A stretch of 63,912 nucleotides of DNA, the filler included, from Reclinomonas americana ATCC 50394 (taxonomy: Eukaryota), in assembly GCA_048213135.1 (NCBI GenBank). It is 5 parts of 2 records of this genome, joined end to end, with 100 filler letters (N's around TTAATTAATTAA, not from the genome) between each part and the next. Parts side by side here need not be neighbours in the genome. Positions count along the whole stretch, not along the records: positions 1 to 30,497 come from PS015059.1; 4 more parts are not named here. One strand, 5' to 3'. The notes below the pieces were generated by a model that searched no databases, was not told the origin of the DNA, and saw only the letters and a list, made by a program, of their open reading frames with translations. This document shows positions 10,615 through 23,235 of this stretch, one piece after another; within the stretch, counting starts at the first letter, position 1, and every line of letters starts with the position of its first letter. Position numbers and translations under genes: made by a program.

Positions 10615-13501
10615 TCACACGCAACATTGCGACCCGTGAGAGACATACGACGACGGCGTGGGGAGCACGCCGCTGCCGCTGCGCGAATACGAGCCACTAC
10701 CGGGTCCGCGAGTCGGTTCACCAGAGGATGGCGACGCAGAGCGAGTTGAATGTCTTCGCCTCTGGTGGTGGTGATGATGATGCTGATGCTGGTGGTGCGG
10801 TTGCGCGCCGTGGTGCGTTGGTGGTCGCTGGTGACTGCCTCGGCGACTGTGATCGTACTGGTCGCTGCTGTAGTAGCTGCTGCTGTACTGCTGCCGTGAC
10901 GACGGATCATCCTCGGCAGACGACGACATGTGACCGCCGGCTGGCGGACGAGCCGGTGGCGACACAGAGTCCGACGTTCGCGAATCACCACTCTGCACAA
11001 GCGGGTGCGACAGCTGGCTACGCGAGGTGTGCGAAATGTCGTCCGAGTATCGCGACGAACGTGCACTCTCGTCGTCCGTGTACTGGTTACGATCATCCCG
11101 CGGCATGGTCGACAGCGGTGGCGGTGGTGGTGGTGGAGGAGGTGGTGGCGGTCGCGGTGCCGGCGACGCTCCATATGAGTCCGAGTAGCGTTCCCGCGAG
11201 TGCGAGCGTCCACGAATTGGATACTGGTGGAGGACAACGGTGAGAGACGACGGATCGCGGGAAAGACAGAATGGGTGGGCGCACGCAACAGCATCACCGG
11301 GCAACGATGGGTGACCGCGTGCCACGCGAAGAGTGTCCACTTCGCGCTCCAGCGGCTCCAGTCGTTTCAGCAAATGCAAGTTGATGCGCTCCACTTCTGA
11401 ACGCAAGTACTTTTCCAGCAACTCGGCCCGCTCTGACGACGCAGCAGTGGTCGACAAATCACCACCCTTCTGCGACAGCGTGCTCGTCAGCCCACCGCTG
11501 TCAAACAATCACACGCGCCAATCAACAAACAAACAAACAAACCATGTGAGCCTTGGGTCGCGCCTGCGCGCCCTCCACAGTGGCCATGTACAGTCGCTGT
11601 AGCTCCTTGTAGCCCTCGGTCAGCTCCCGAATCATGTCGTCGCGCGGATCACGAGCGTGCGAGTGACGCTTCGACTGCACGCACGCACCCCGACATTGTC
11701 AGTTGCCATGATAAGCAATAGAAGAAATGATAAAAGACGCACTCTTCTCCGTCCCCGCTCTCGGTGATGGGATGGCTCGCTGCCCGACAGCTCGTGGTGA
11801 ATGTCGGCAATCAGCTTCTCCTTGTAGCGTCGTTGCCGCAAGTCCTCCGTGGTGGTGGAGGCCATGGATGGTGCCGACATGGACGACATGGTGGACTGCG
11901 GTAGTCTGTCCAGCAGCTGACGGCGAATGGCGTCGTCGCTCACTTCGCGGCTATCCTCGCCGTGACCGGCGGCGCTGGCCGACGAAATTGTGGAGGAGAC
12001 GTAGGGATTGCCCGAGTGCACGGGTGGAAGATCGGCCAGCGGATCCACATCCGACGCCACGCGCACCGTGTCGAAGCCGAGACCTTCGGACAGGTAGGCC
12101 AGGTTGGGCAGCCGCACTTGTGGCGCCTCGGCCTCCATCACGCGCTCGACATCGCGCTGCACGGCGTTGAAGTTCTGGATGAACTCGCCCTTGGTCTCTA
12201 CCTGGAACTTGAGTTGCAGTGTTTCAGAGGTGCTGTTGACCTCGCGCAGCAGCGAGTCGGTCTCGTTCAGGCCGTCCTGCACGGGCACCAGCAGCTCCTG
12301 TTCCTTGGAGTCGAGGCGTCGCAGGGCGACCTCCAGGAGGTCTTCCAGTTGGCGCTGCGAATGGGGAAAGAAGGGGGATATAGGGAAGGGAGAAAATGAG
12401 GAGAGATGGAATGGAAAAGGGGATGGAGAACCGGGAAAGAATGAATCATGAACAAGAACGAGAAAAGGTGAGTGGCAAACGAGAGGAGAAAGAAGAAGGG
12501 GCAAAAACATTGACGATGGGAACACGAGGAGAAAGAAAGCCAGGGTAGGAACTTGAAGGCCAGAGAACCAGGGAGAGATATGACAACGAAAAGGCAGGGC
12601 GAGAACGCGGGAAAGAATGCTGGTAAAAACGGCAGGAGAACCGCAAAAACGTAACAGATGTGTGAGTTGGCGAACACTGGCCAAGGGAGAAGAGAGAAGA
12701 GGAAAAAGTGATGGAAATAAGTGACAATAGAGACAGGAAGAGGAAAGAAGAAGGAAACAGGGTAAATCGGATCCAGGGGGTAAAGGGATAGCGAAGCAAG
12801 CAGGGCGAGACCAGGGCGCAGAACGGGGAGAACTGGAAAGAGGGCAGGAGACACCAGTAAAGGGGAAAGATGAATGTCTTGGCGAACTCTTGCAAAAAAG
12901 GAATAATGGAAGAGGAGGAGTGAAAGAGACGCAGGCTGAGAGCAGAGTAGGAACACAGAGACAAGGGCGGGGTAGGGAAACGTGAAATGACAAGAGGAAG
13001 AGGACCTCTTTCGTTCCCTCACAGTCACTCAACTCTCAACAGCTCAAACCGCCCACGCAGATCGTCCTCGACACGAGCGCGGCAGTCGCGCACATCCCGC
13101 TCCACGCGCATGAAATGGTTCCGCGATGACTCGCACCGCGAGCGCACCAAATGCAAATTATCCAGCAGTCGCCTCGCCTCTCCCAGCTTCCGCTCATACA
13201 ATGCATTCACCGAGCGCGCAATCGAGGGATCCGAGGCCACAAACTCATCGACAGCGTGCGACGGCGCCGCGCGCTTTCCCGTTCCATAAAACGCCGAGGC
13301 CGGCACCCCGCCGCCGCCACCCGCTGCTCCACCAAACGACGACGATGTGGAGGTGGAGGTGGCCACTCCTGCTGACGGTGGCAAGTCGCGGAACGATGTG
13401 TGAATCGCCTTCAGTTGGTGTACGCTTCCCGGCGTCTGCTGCTGCTGCTGCGAGGCAGGGGGTGGACCGCCAGAGCGGAACTGGAACTGCGCGCCGCTCA
13501 T
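10615..13501 (-). CDS. Hypothetical coiled-coil protein with Ser/Pro-rich C-terminus
   Basis: ATG 13501 MSGAQFQFR... A long helical region continues in frame across intron 13033-12355 (RFELLR|RQLEDLLEVALRRLDSKEQELL). Later exons are low complexity and the 3' end is approximate. Confidence 0.5.
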
Positions 13502-13684
13502 GGGTGGCGGGAGCGAGGTTTGCGAAAAGGATACTGCAGCAGCAAAGAAAGGCGGGTGAGAGGGGAGAGTGTAAGGGGAGAGTGAAGGACACTGTCGGCT
13601 ATGACAACAACAGCTGGATGTCTCTCTCCGCAGTGCTGCGACTGCGAAGAAAGCTGTCTGCTGCAACGACACAGTGCCGCCTGG

Positions 13685-13753
<69 letters not shown>

Positions 13754-13955
13754 GCTGGGATTCAAAGAGTGGAGAACTGACGCTCACTCAACAGCTCAGC
13801 AGCTCGTGAGTCCTCCCCTTCCTCTCTCTCTCTCTCTCTCTCTCGCTGTGTGTGTGTATGTGTGCGTGTGTGTGTGTTGCTGGGATTTCAAAGAACACCT
13901 CTGCAACGCCTGCCTCACTCTTCTCTGCTCCCTTCGCCCTCCTCCTTCGCCTCTG

Positions 13956-13989
<34 letters not shown>

Positions 13990-14526
13990 GCTCTCTCTTT
14001 CTCTTTCTCTCACCAGGCTGCTGCTGTTGTTGTTGTTGTTGTGGCTGTTGCTGTTGATTCACTGCTGCTTGTGTCAAGGTGGCAGGCACCACCACTTGCT
14101 GAGGTGTAAAGTACACATTGCGTACGCCCAGGCCACCACCACCACCGCCAGCAGAGAGGTAGCCCTCCTGAGAGAGAGAAGAGAGAGAGAGAGAGAGTAA
14201 GACAAACAGACAGACAGAGAGAGAAAGGGTTTCTCTCTCTGAGTGTTACCATGCGTTCTTTGCTGTTTTCTCGTGGAAAGCTGTTGCTTCGAGATGTGTG
14301 TTGTGTGTGTTGTAGTGTGCACTCTTTCTGTCTGTGTGTGTGTGTGTTTGCAGAGTGGGAAAACAACGAATTGGCGCGTGCCAGCGCGTCCCAATCGTAA
14401 CGTTCATAAATTTCGCGCGCTTTTTCTTTTCGTTCGCTGTCTCTTTCTCTCTCTTGCTGTTCTACTCTCGGCGATCACACCTCATAATCTCACAGAAGCG
14501 CCTTCGCTCGTCTGGTCACCTGATTG

Positions 14527-15601
14527 CTACCTGCGGGCATCCAATTGCACTTGTGAACTGTGCAGATTCGACAAACGGCTGTATGTGTGTGCTGGTTGAG
14601 CGGCTGTCATCATCGTCGTCGCAATCACATCTCAGAATAAATACACTTGTACACGTGAGCAGGGGAGCGAGAAACAGAGAGAGAGAGAGAGAGGGCTGCC
14701 TCACGAATCCGCGCCGGCCTCCTGCAACTGCTGCTCGATTTCCACGACCCACCGGGCGACGGCGTCCAGCAGCTGGGCAAAATGGTGAGCGACACAGGTG
14801 TGAACGAGCGGCCCAAGAGGAGCTGAAGCCTCACCTCGTTGAACGTGATGGTCCCTGACCGATCCGTGTCGAGCTCCTCCATCAGGTCGTCGACATCGCG
14901 ATCAGTTGGCTCTGCGGGGGGAAAAATCACGAGACCATTTTCAGCGGCCAGCCAGCCAGCAATTCCCATGCATACAAAGAAACCACTCTGCTTTCGAGTG
15001 AGGTTGGTATCGGGGGAACCAATCCGCCAGTGTGTGTCATTTCACGACGACTGACTTCCATACACAATCACAAGCGAGACTCTCTGCTGTCAGCAAGGAG
15101 AGAGGTACTGTACGAAAAATGAAGAGGAGAGGCGAGGAAGAGGACGACAGGGTGGCTCCGTTCTCTCTGCGTCTCACAGCAACGCAGGGCTGGAAGAGGA
15201 CAAAGGGAGAGAGTGACATTCTGTCTCGTTTCCTCTCATATTTCCCCCTCGCAAAGCAGAGCCTCTGAACAAGTGATGCGTGCTGCCCGTGACAGACAGC
15301 ACAAGGGGAGGACAATGGAGAGAAGATCCACTCACGACCATCAGAAGGTGGGTTCTATCGCTTTCCACCCTCTCTCGTCGCTGTCTCCAGCCATTGCAGA
15401 CCTGTCAAGTCTCGGACTGCGATGGGAGACGACCGTAAAAGAGAGAACAGAACGAGAAGCGGAACGAGAGAGGGAGCAAACATCACAGTGACAACAAAGC
15501 AGTCTTTCTCGTCGAACTAGGATGACGCAACAACCACTGTCTCGTGTCCCCAGTGACCCGCTCACTTTGCGAGGAAGGATGAAGATGAGAGAACAAAGCA
15601 G

Positions 15602-15636
<35 letters not shown>

Positions 15637-15920
15637 NNNNNNNNNNNNNNNNNNNNNNNNNNNNNNNNNNNNNNNNNNNNNNNNNNNNNNNNNNNNNNNN
15701 NNNNNNNNNNNNNNNNNNNNNNNNNNNNNNNNNNNNNNNNNNNNNNNNNNNNNNNNNNNNNNNNNNNNNNNNNNNNNNNNNNNNNNNNNNNNNNNNNNNN
15801 NNNNNNNNNNNNNNNNNNNACCACGTACGTACGTCGTCCGTACCGTACCGTACCGACCGTACCGTACGTACGTACGTACGACGAGAGAGAGAGAGACGAA
15901 CGAACGTAACGACGTACGTC

Positions 15921-15991
<71 letters not shown>

Positions 15992-16128
15992 GTCGATCTC
16001 AGATACAAATGCCATTGCTTTGCGTCTCCCAGTGACCCTCTCAGTTCGTGAGTGAGGAAGAAGAGAGAGAGCGCGCGCGCACGAGAGAGACAGAAACAGA
16101 AAAGAATGAAACATCGGCCAACAAAGAG

Positions 16129-16166
<38 letters not shown>

Positions 16167-16460
16167 TGATCTCAGATTCTGCTGCCACTGTCTCGTGTCC
16201 CCAGTGACCTTCTCAGTTTGCAGGGAAGAGGAGAGTGCACGAGAAGAGAAAAACAGAAGTCCACAGATCAGTGCCAACAAAGCGGGCATTCTCTCTCTCA
16301 CACACATACACACGCACACACACCAGTCTGAGATGCGGCTACACTGCCCCCCAACTACCCTCTCAGCGTGTAAGACAAGGAAAGAGAAGGAGAGAACGCA
16401 GACAGATGATGATTACACCGGCTTTCTCTCTCTCTCTCTCTCCCCTCCTCCTTCTCTTCT

Positions 16461-16497
<37 letters not shown>

Positions 16498-16950
16498 CTC
16501 TCTTTCCAGTCCTCTCACTCGCTTTTGCGTGTGCGCGTGCGACACAGGCAACACGCGCACGGCCACGCAGGAGGAGCTCGACNNNNNNNNNNNNNNNNNN
16601 NNNNNNNNNNNNNNNNNNNNNNNNNNNCCTCTCCCCTCTCCCTCACATCATCATCACTGCGCCTCACCTTCACCAGTGCGCCTCAGAAACTCGCGCAGCT
16701 CAAACCGATCGATTCTCTCATCATGATCCAAGTCAACCTACAAACACACACACACACACATAGACACACAGACACACAGAGAGAGTAAGAGTCTCTCATC
16801 TCTCATTCTCTCACAAAAAAGCAAACGCGTGCCTCGACTCCTTGACGCAACTGAATCAAACGCCTTTCGCACATGCGTCAACTGCTCCTCCGTGAGCATG
16901 TACACAGGGTTGGTGCGTTGTGTAAACGGCACAGGCGGTGCGTGCTCCAT
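14527..16950 (-). CDS. Two-EF-hand calmodulin/centrin-like Ca2+-binding protein
   Basis: Spliced product MEHAPP...LTEEQLTHVRKAFDS|VDLDHDERIDRFELREFLRRTGE|EPTDRDVDDLMEELDTDRSGTITFNE|LLDAVARW... contains two EF loops (DLDHDERIDRFE, DTDRSGTITFNE). Last exon uncertain. Confidence 0.75.
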
Positions 16951-17162
16951 TGTGAAAATAAAACTTGGGACCTGTGACCGATGGATGGAATGGGCCACGA
17001 AACTTTACGCGATTGATGTTCGATCAAAGTGAACTGCCCAGGTGTGCTCTCTCTCTCCTCCCTCCCTTGTGTGTGTGTGAGAGAGAGAGAGAGACTCTCC
17101 CTCCCCTTCCTTCTCTCTCTCCCTTCCTTCACTCTCTCCCTTCCCTTCCTCTTTCTACTCAC

Positions 17163-17213
<51 letters not shown>

Positions 17214-17261
17214 GCTTCTCTTTCAGCGAATCTCACCACAGCACTCGCACAGTGCACAGAG

Positions 17262-20200
17262 ATGAAGTTTGGTCGGCACTTGCGGGAGCACATGGTGCCG
17301 GAGTGGGAATCGCGCTATGTGGACTACAAGTGCCTGAAGAAGCTGCTGTCGGCCGCGAAACCCGCGCTGCAGCTGGAGGTGAAGCAGCAGAGACCGCCTT
17401 GTCCTCTTTCCCGCGCACACTCACACTCCACTTTTGCACAGGATACGGACGACCACGACAGCGCTCACACAGACTCTGCTCGCGAGCTCAGCGACATGAG
17501 TGGCCGCCACAGTCACGGCGGGGACGTGGAGATGCCGGCGGCGGCGGTAGCGGGACTGCGGATGCTCTCGCATCAGGATTCCATTCGCGTGGCGAAGCGT
17601 CTCAAGACAATTGACAAGCGCTTCAATCTGGAGCTGCATGAGCTGGATGAAGTTGCGTCACTCGCGGCGTTCGACTCTCTGGATATGCTTTCGATGCTGA
17701 ATTCTGGCCGCTCGCGCGCGCAGCTCGAGGAGAATGTGTTGAGTGCGAGCGCCGACACGACGCCGCTGATTGGCCGAAAACTCGCGCTGGAGGTCTTTTA
17801 TGTTGCCTTTCGTAAGCAGTGGAGCAAGGCGGCTTCGTTCTTCAGCAGCAAGGCCAAGGACGTGCGTGAGCGCTGGAATCGACTGCGCCGTCACGTGCCG
17901 CGGCTGCTGGACTCGCCCGAGTCGGCGCAGATGGGAAGCTCTGCTTACGCGGACGCCTTTCGTACGCTGCAGAAGGCGCTGCAGGAGGTGTTCTCCATGC
18001 TGTACCACTTGGAGAATTTTTGGTGCGTACACACACACACACGCATGCTGTGTGTGGTTCGTTGCTGACATCAGCTTGCAGCATTCTGAACTACACGGCG
18101 TGCCTGAAGATTCTGAAGAAGCTGCGCAAAAAGGGCCGTGTCAACGAAACGACCACTGTGGAGGCGCAACTGGAGGACTCGCTGTTGTGGAAGGGCATTG
18201 ACGCGATGCACGTGCTGCGCCAGGACACGGAAGAGCTCTACGCCAAGTATTTCATCAAGAACAGCCGCAAGAGCACCCTCGCCTCGCTGAAGGTGGTGAG
18301 CGCCGAGACTGAGCAGACCCGTGCGCAGCAGGTCGACACGTTCATGTTTGGCCTGTCCATCGGCATCACCATCATCATCGCCTTGCTGTTGGCCTACTTT
18401 TTCGGGCAAGAGTCCACCGCCACGGTGCTGCTGGCACCGAGCCTGTCGACCGAACTCGCCCTGTTTCGTGTGGCGTTTGTGACGGCGTTCATGTTCTTTG
18501 GGCATGCGATCAACACGGCGATTTGGAGTGTGTACAAGATCAACTACGTCTTCATCTTCGACTTTGAGGCCAGGACCGCCTTGTCGCCGCAGCGAGCCAT
18601 GGCATTGGCCAGCATCTACATGGCGGCCGTCGCCATTTGCTTCCTCCTGTGGCTCAACGCATTCATCGGCTCGATTGTGGTGGTGCAATCGGTGCCACAC
18701 CAGGTGTACCCGTACGTCGTGCTGGGAGTCGGTGCGTCGTCGTCGTCGTCGTCGCTGCCGTGTGTGTGTGCACTCACCCTCTCGTTCGCGACCATACCGT
18801 CTGCAGTGCTCCTCATTCTCGTGTGCCCATTCCGCGTGTTCAACTACTCTGGTCGCGTCTACTTCCTGCAGACCATGTGGCGTATCACTGCGGCTCCGTT
18901 TTACACGGTGCTTTTCCAGGATGTGTGGGTGGGCGATCAGCTGACCAGCATGACGGGTGTGTTCACCGACGTTGCCAGCGTGGTGGTGGCGGAGGCCACG
19001 CAGACCACACCGCTGCCGCGCGTCACCGGCCTTGTGGTGAACTCGGTGTTCCAGTCGCTGCCGAGTTGGCTTCGTCTCTGGCAGTGTGTGCGCCGTTGGA
19101 GAGACTCGGGTCACGCGTGGCCACACGCCGCCAACGGCATCAAGTACTTTACCACATTCCCTGTCGTCATCTTCGCCACCCTCAAGTCGGTCGATCCGAA
19201 CTCGCAGTTTCTCTTCTGGATGTGGCTCCTCCTGTCGGTCGTTGCAACTGGCTATCGCCTCTTCTGGGACTTCAAGGTGACTTTTAATGCACGACCGCCA
19301 CCACCACCTCCACTACTAACAGTCGATGATCGCCAGATGGATTGGGGCATCTTCGACACCAAGCAGAAGCGGAACCTGTGGCTGCGCAAAGAGCTCAAGT
19401 ACCCGCAGTGGACGTACTATGTGGCGGTGGTGGTGAACACAGTGCTGCGACTCGGCTGGATCATTCAGGTACGCTGCTCGTGCGCAACGAGTTCTTCCTT
19501 GTTCGTAGGGCTCGATAGACTCATTTCTCCTGCTTCTGCTCGCCAGGTCACTCTGCTGATCGACAGCGGCCTTTTGAGGCCGATTCAGCAACTCGGCTTG
19601 TCGTTGGCCGAGGTTGTTCGGCGCACCATGTGGAACGTGTATCGCATGGAGAACGAGCACGTCAATAACTGCGAGCAGTTCCGCGCCGTCAAGGTGACCC
19701 CTCTGCCGTACTTCAACCCGACTGTAGACCCGGAAGACGACATGGACGATGCGGTGGAGGAGCCGGGGCATGATGAACACCCCGCAATGCCGCAAGCTCA
19801 TAGCTCGGTGGACCTCTTGTCGACGCTGCGTCGTGAGCAACGCAATCCCATGCAGGGTCCCATGGCTCTATCTCCTGTCGACGAAGCCGATATTGGTGTG
19901 TTTATGTTGGTGTGCGTGCGTGCGAGTATGTCGGGCTGATGGTGAGCGCACAGAGGATATGGATGTCGACTGGAGTCAGGATCGCGGTCGTGACCTCAAC
20001 CTTGTCAGCACCTTTTCGCTGCCGGGTACTTGCGCGAATGCTGGTACTGGTGCAGGAACCGCCGTCTCTCCACTGGTGTCGGCGAGGAGTGCGGACTCCT
20101 CGCGAAGCCATGGAGTCGGTGGCGCTCCTGCACAACCACAGCGAACCGACAGCGCCATGAAACTGCAGTGGTTCCGAACCCGCAGTCGGCCTCGTTCCTC

Positions 20201-20789
20201 CTCTCTTCGCCAGCAGGAGGGGAACCAGCCCGGTGCACCGCTGACCATTGCTTGTGCGTGCTGCATGCGCAATGCGCCCGTTGTTACAGTATTTTCTTGC
20301 CCTGGCTGACCGACTGTTTGATTCGTCGTGCGCACAGTCGATCTTCAAGGAGAAGAGTCGCGTGCCGGTGACGAGCCTACCACCATGACTCCCTCGTCAA
20401 TTTCAATCACCAGTTCCAGACCGCGACGGGCAGTCTCATTTGCCATACGCCCAGAAGACGCACCACGGCGTGGCCTGTCGCCGACCACCATCTCGATGCC
20501 GGTGGACGACGTTGTTGTCGCAGCAAATCTCTCGCCTGCACACAACGGCTCGCCGCCATCACCATCGCTGCGCGTCAGCCAGGAGGGTGGCGCAGGTCGG
20601 AGCGGCGCATATGCATCATCGTTGTCACCATCGTCGCGTACGCCCGCCATCAACGTCGACACTTGGTTCCCGCAAGCAGCCGAAGAAGCCGGATCCGGAT
20701 CCAGCATGCATCTCGCCGTCTCGCCGCGCACAGCTGCAGCTCGTCCTCTCGACGCGACCAAGCTATCGCCGACGCGACGTGTGGACTAA
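17262..20789 (+). CDS. XPR1: SPX-EXS domain phosphate exporter (XPR1/SYG1/PHO1 family)
   Basis: SPX motifs MKFGRHLREHMVPEWESRYVDYKCLKK and LNYTACLKILKK. TM/EXS motifs INYVFIF, FQDVWVGDQLTS, PSWLRLWQCVRRWRD, HAANGIKY, WDFKMDWG, EVVRRTMWNVYRMENEH. Long Ser/Pro tail ending TAA at 20789. Confidence 0.92.
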
Positions 20790-21068
20790 TGGGAGAGGAC
20801 CTACACAGGACATTCTCCAGCTGTCGCGCTCCGTTCGTTGGTCGTTCCTGTTGTCAAGCGAGGCAGACTAAACGCGATGCTGTGCCATGTCAGTCCATCC
20901 GCAACAGCTCGCTGAGCGTCATCGGAAAAATACTTTATCTTGAATCAGAATCCTTCTCGTTACACTCTCGTCTGTCGGCTCATTGGAAGCACGCTGTGCT
21001 TCAACTCGTCGTCTGTCGGCTCGTCAGAAGCACCCTTTACTTCAACTCGCCCTTTGTGTGCACCTCCA

Positions 21069-22358
21069 ATGGACGCACTTGACATTGATGTTGATGATGA
21101 CGACGAGGCATTGCTTGCCGCAGAGCGTGCATGCTCCGACTTTGACACACTCATCGCGGTGAGTCGCCAGTTGTCTCACTCAAACACACTTCTCTCTCAC
21201 ACACGTGCATTGCAGACTCTCGACTGCTGCGATGTGGCGCTCCTCCCTGCGCACATTGCACTCCACCTCGCGCCCTCCGCACAACGCCTGCTCGACTGCT
21301 GCACCTCATGGGAGCTTGCCGCCGTCTTTGTGCGTCGCAGTGTGGCCTCCGAGTCGACTCGACTCGCCCTCGCACGCGCAGTCACCCTCGCGAGCAGCGT
21401 GCATCTCCATCATGAGCAGCAGTGGAGCAGTGAGGTGTTGCCACTGTGCGTGCGCAGTGTGAGCGAGCGGCGCGTGCGCAGTGAGTTTGTCCGTGTCGCC
21501 ATGGCGTGGGCGTTGCATCGCGTGCAGCAGGTCGATGTCGACGTGCAGTGGGGCGCGCAGTGGTGTGCAGCGTGTGTGCGCGTGCTCGGGCAGGCGCGGC
21601 AAGGCGGGCATGGGGTGCGTCCTACGTGCACAGATCGTGCGAGAAAATCGAGTTGTCATGTTGTTGTGTGTGTACACAGGAGCTGTTGAAGGCGTTTCTT
21701 GTGGATGTCGTGCATCGACTGGCGGCCTGGCGACTTGGTGCTTCGTCGGAGCCGTACGATCGTGTGGTTTCGTGTCTGCGAATAGCCATGGTGATTGTCA
21801 AGTGTGCGATCGCCGGGTTGTGACGGATGACAGTGCTCATGCAGTTGGTGCAGGAACTGCAACCGGAGATCAATGGACTGCTGGACAGTGCCGTGCGCAA
21901 TCTGCTGGCCTCGGGCGAAGAGGCGGTCACCTCTGACGACGGTGAGCTGATTGCATGAAGGATCATCGTCTCTCTTGGTCGATCGCTGATTGCTTCGTGT
22001 GTGCCAGAGTTGTTGGTGCATGTGCGCCTCGCTGTCGACCTGTTGTCGTCGCAGCCAGTGCGTTGCTTTGATTTGGTGCGCCGCCATGTGCTGGAGACTG
22101 GACGGTGCACGGCTGTTCGCGTGCAGGCCTTTGCAGGTGCGCCGCAGCACTCTTTCTTTCCCTGACGAAATGCTGCGGCTCACTTTTCGTCGCACAGAGT
22201 ACGCTCGTATCGCAGCACTGTCGGCTACTCCACAGTCGCGACTGATGACCACGCTGATGGAACACTTGTGGATGCACGCGGCATACGACCCAGTGGCAAC
22301 TGTGCGTCTGGCCGCGTTGCAGTTGTGCAGCGAGATGCAGCCGCGACAGGATTCGACC

Positions 22359-22440
<82 letters not shown>

Positions 22441-23133
22441 GCTCCTCTTGCTTCTACAGCGTGCTTTGCCTGACGCATGGTGTGGCAGTCTCTCTTTGGC
22501 TCCTTCGCTGCCGCGACAAGAGCGTCAGTGTCCGTGCACTGGCGTGGCGCCACCTGGCCATTGCTTGTGCGGACGTGGAGTGGGACAAGCAACTCGACAG
22601 TGCGCCTCTGTTTGACAAGTTTGCCTTGGCCGTGCGACAGGTTTGGTGAAAGGAATTGGCGCCGACCTGCTTCTTTCTCGCACGCTTCTTCATCACATCC
22701 TTCATCTGCTTTTCACGACTCTCTGCTCTCTGTCTTCTCACTTCCATTGTCCCTGGTCAATCTGCCTGTCACAGGGTCTCGTGGACTGTGGAGCCAAGCG
22801 GTGTGGTCCGACCAAGGAATTCGTTTTGACCGTGTGTTGCGTTAGTGTCTGTCCTCTCTTTATTTCCCTCCCCCATATCCTCCTCTCACATCCTCTTCTC
22901 AACTGGCAGTGCGGCACGCCATGCACCAGTGCGGTGGTGTGCGACTGCTGCATCGCCTGAGTTTCTCGTTGCGTTTCGAAAATTTCCTGTTCACTCTCAC
23001 TCCTCACCCCACCTCAACTCGCGCTCCCGCCAGAAACGATGTCGTCCTCTTTGCCCCTGTGTTGCGCGACGCTGCCGACGCTGTGTGCGATTGCCTAAAG
23101 CCCGCCGTCTCGTCCATGGAAGTAGAATTGTAG
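21069..23133 (+). CDS. Hypothetical helical (HEAT/ARM-like) protein
   Basis: ATG 21069 MDALDIDVDDDDEALL... Leu/Ala-rich exons (AAYDPVATVRLAALQLC; LLRCRDKSVSVRALAWRHL) resemble HEAT motifs. Ends SSMEVEL*. Confidence 0.45.
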
Positions 23134-23235
23134 CCATTGTACGCTGTCTCTTTATTTTCAGATCCTCTATGACAAGCCGGTGCACGCTCTCGGTGCACTC
23201 TCCAACAAGAACATCTTTCCTTGTACTTGTGCCGA

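Noticed and set aside
15820-15922. TACG/GTAC/CGT quasi-repeats beside gaps (also ~28950-29021, 29743-29850, 56720-56748, 62400-62509)
   Set aside because: Found only at contig edges next to microsatellites and following a T-A-C-G cycle, consistent with pyrosequencing end-of-read noise rather than biology.
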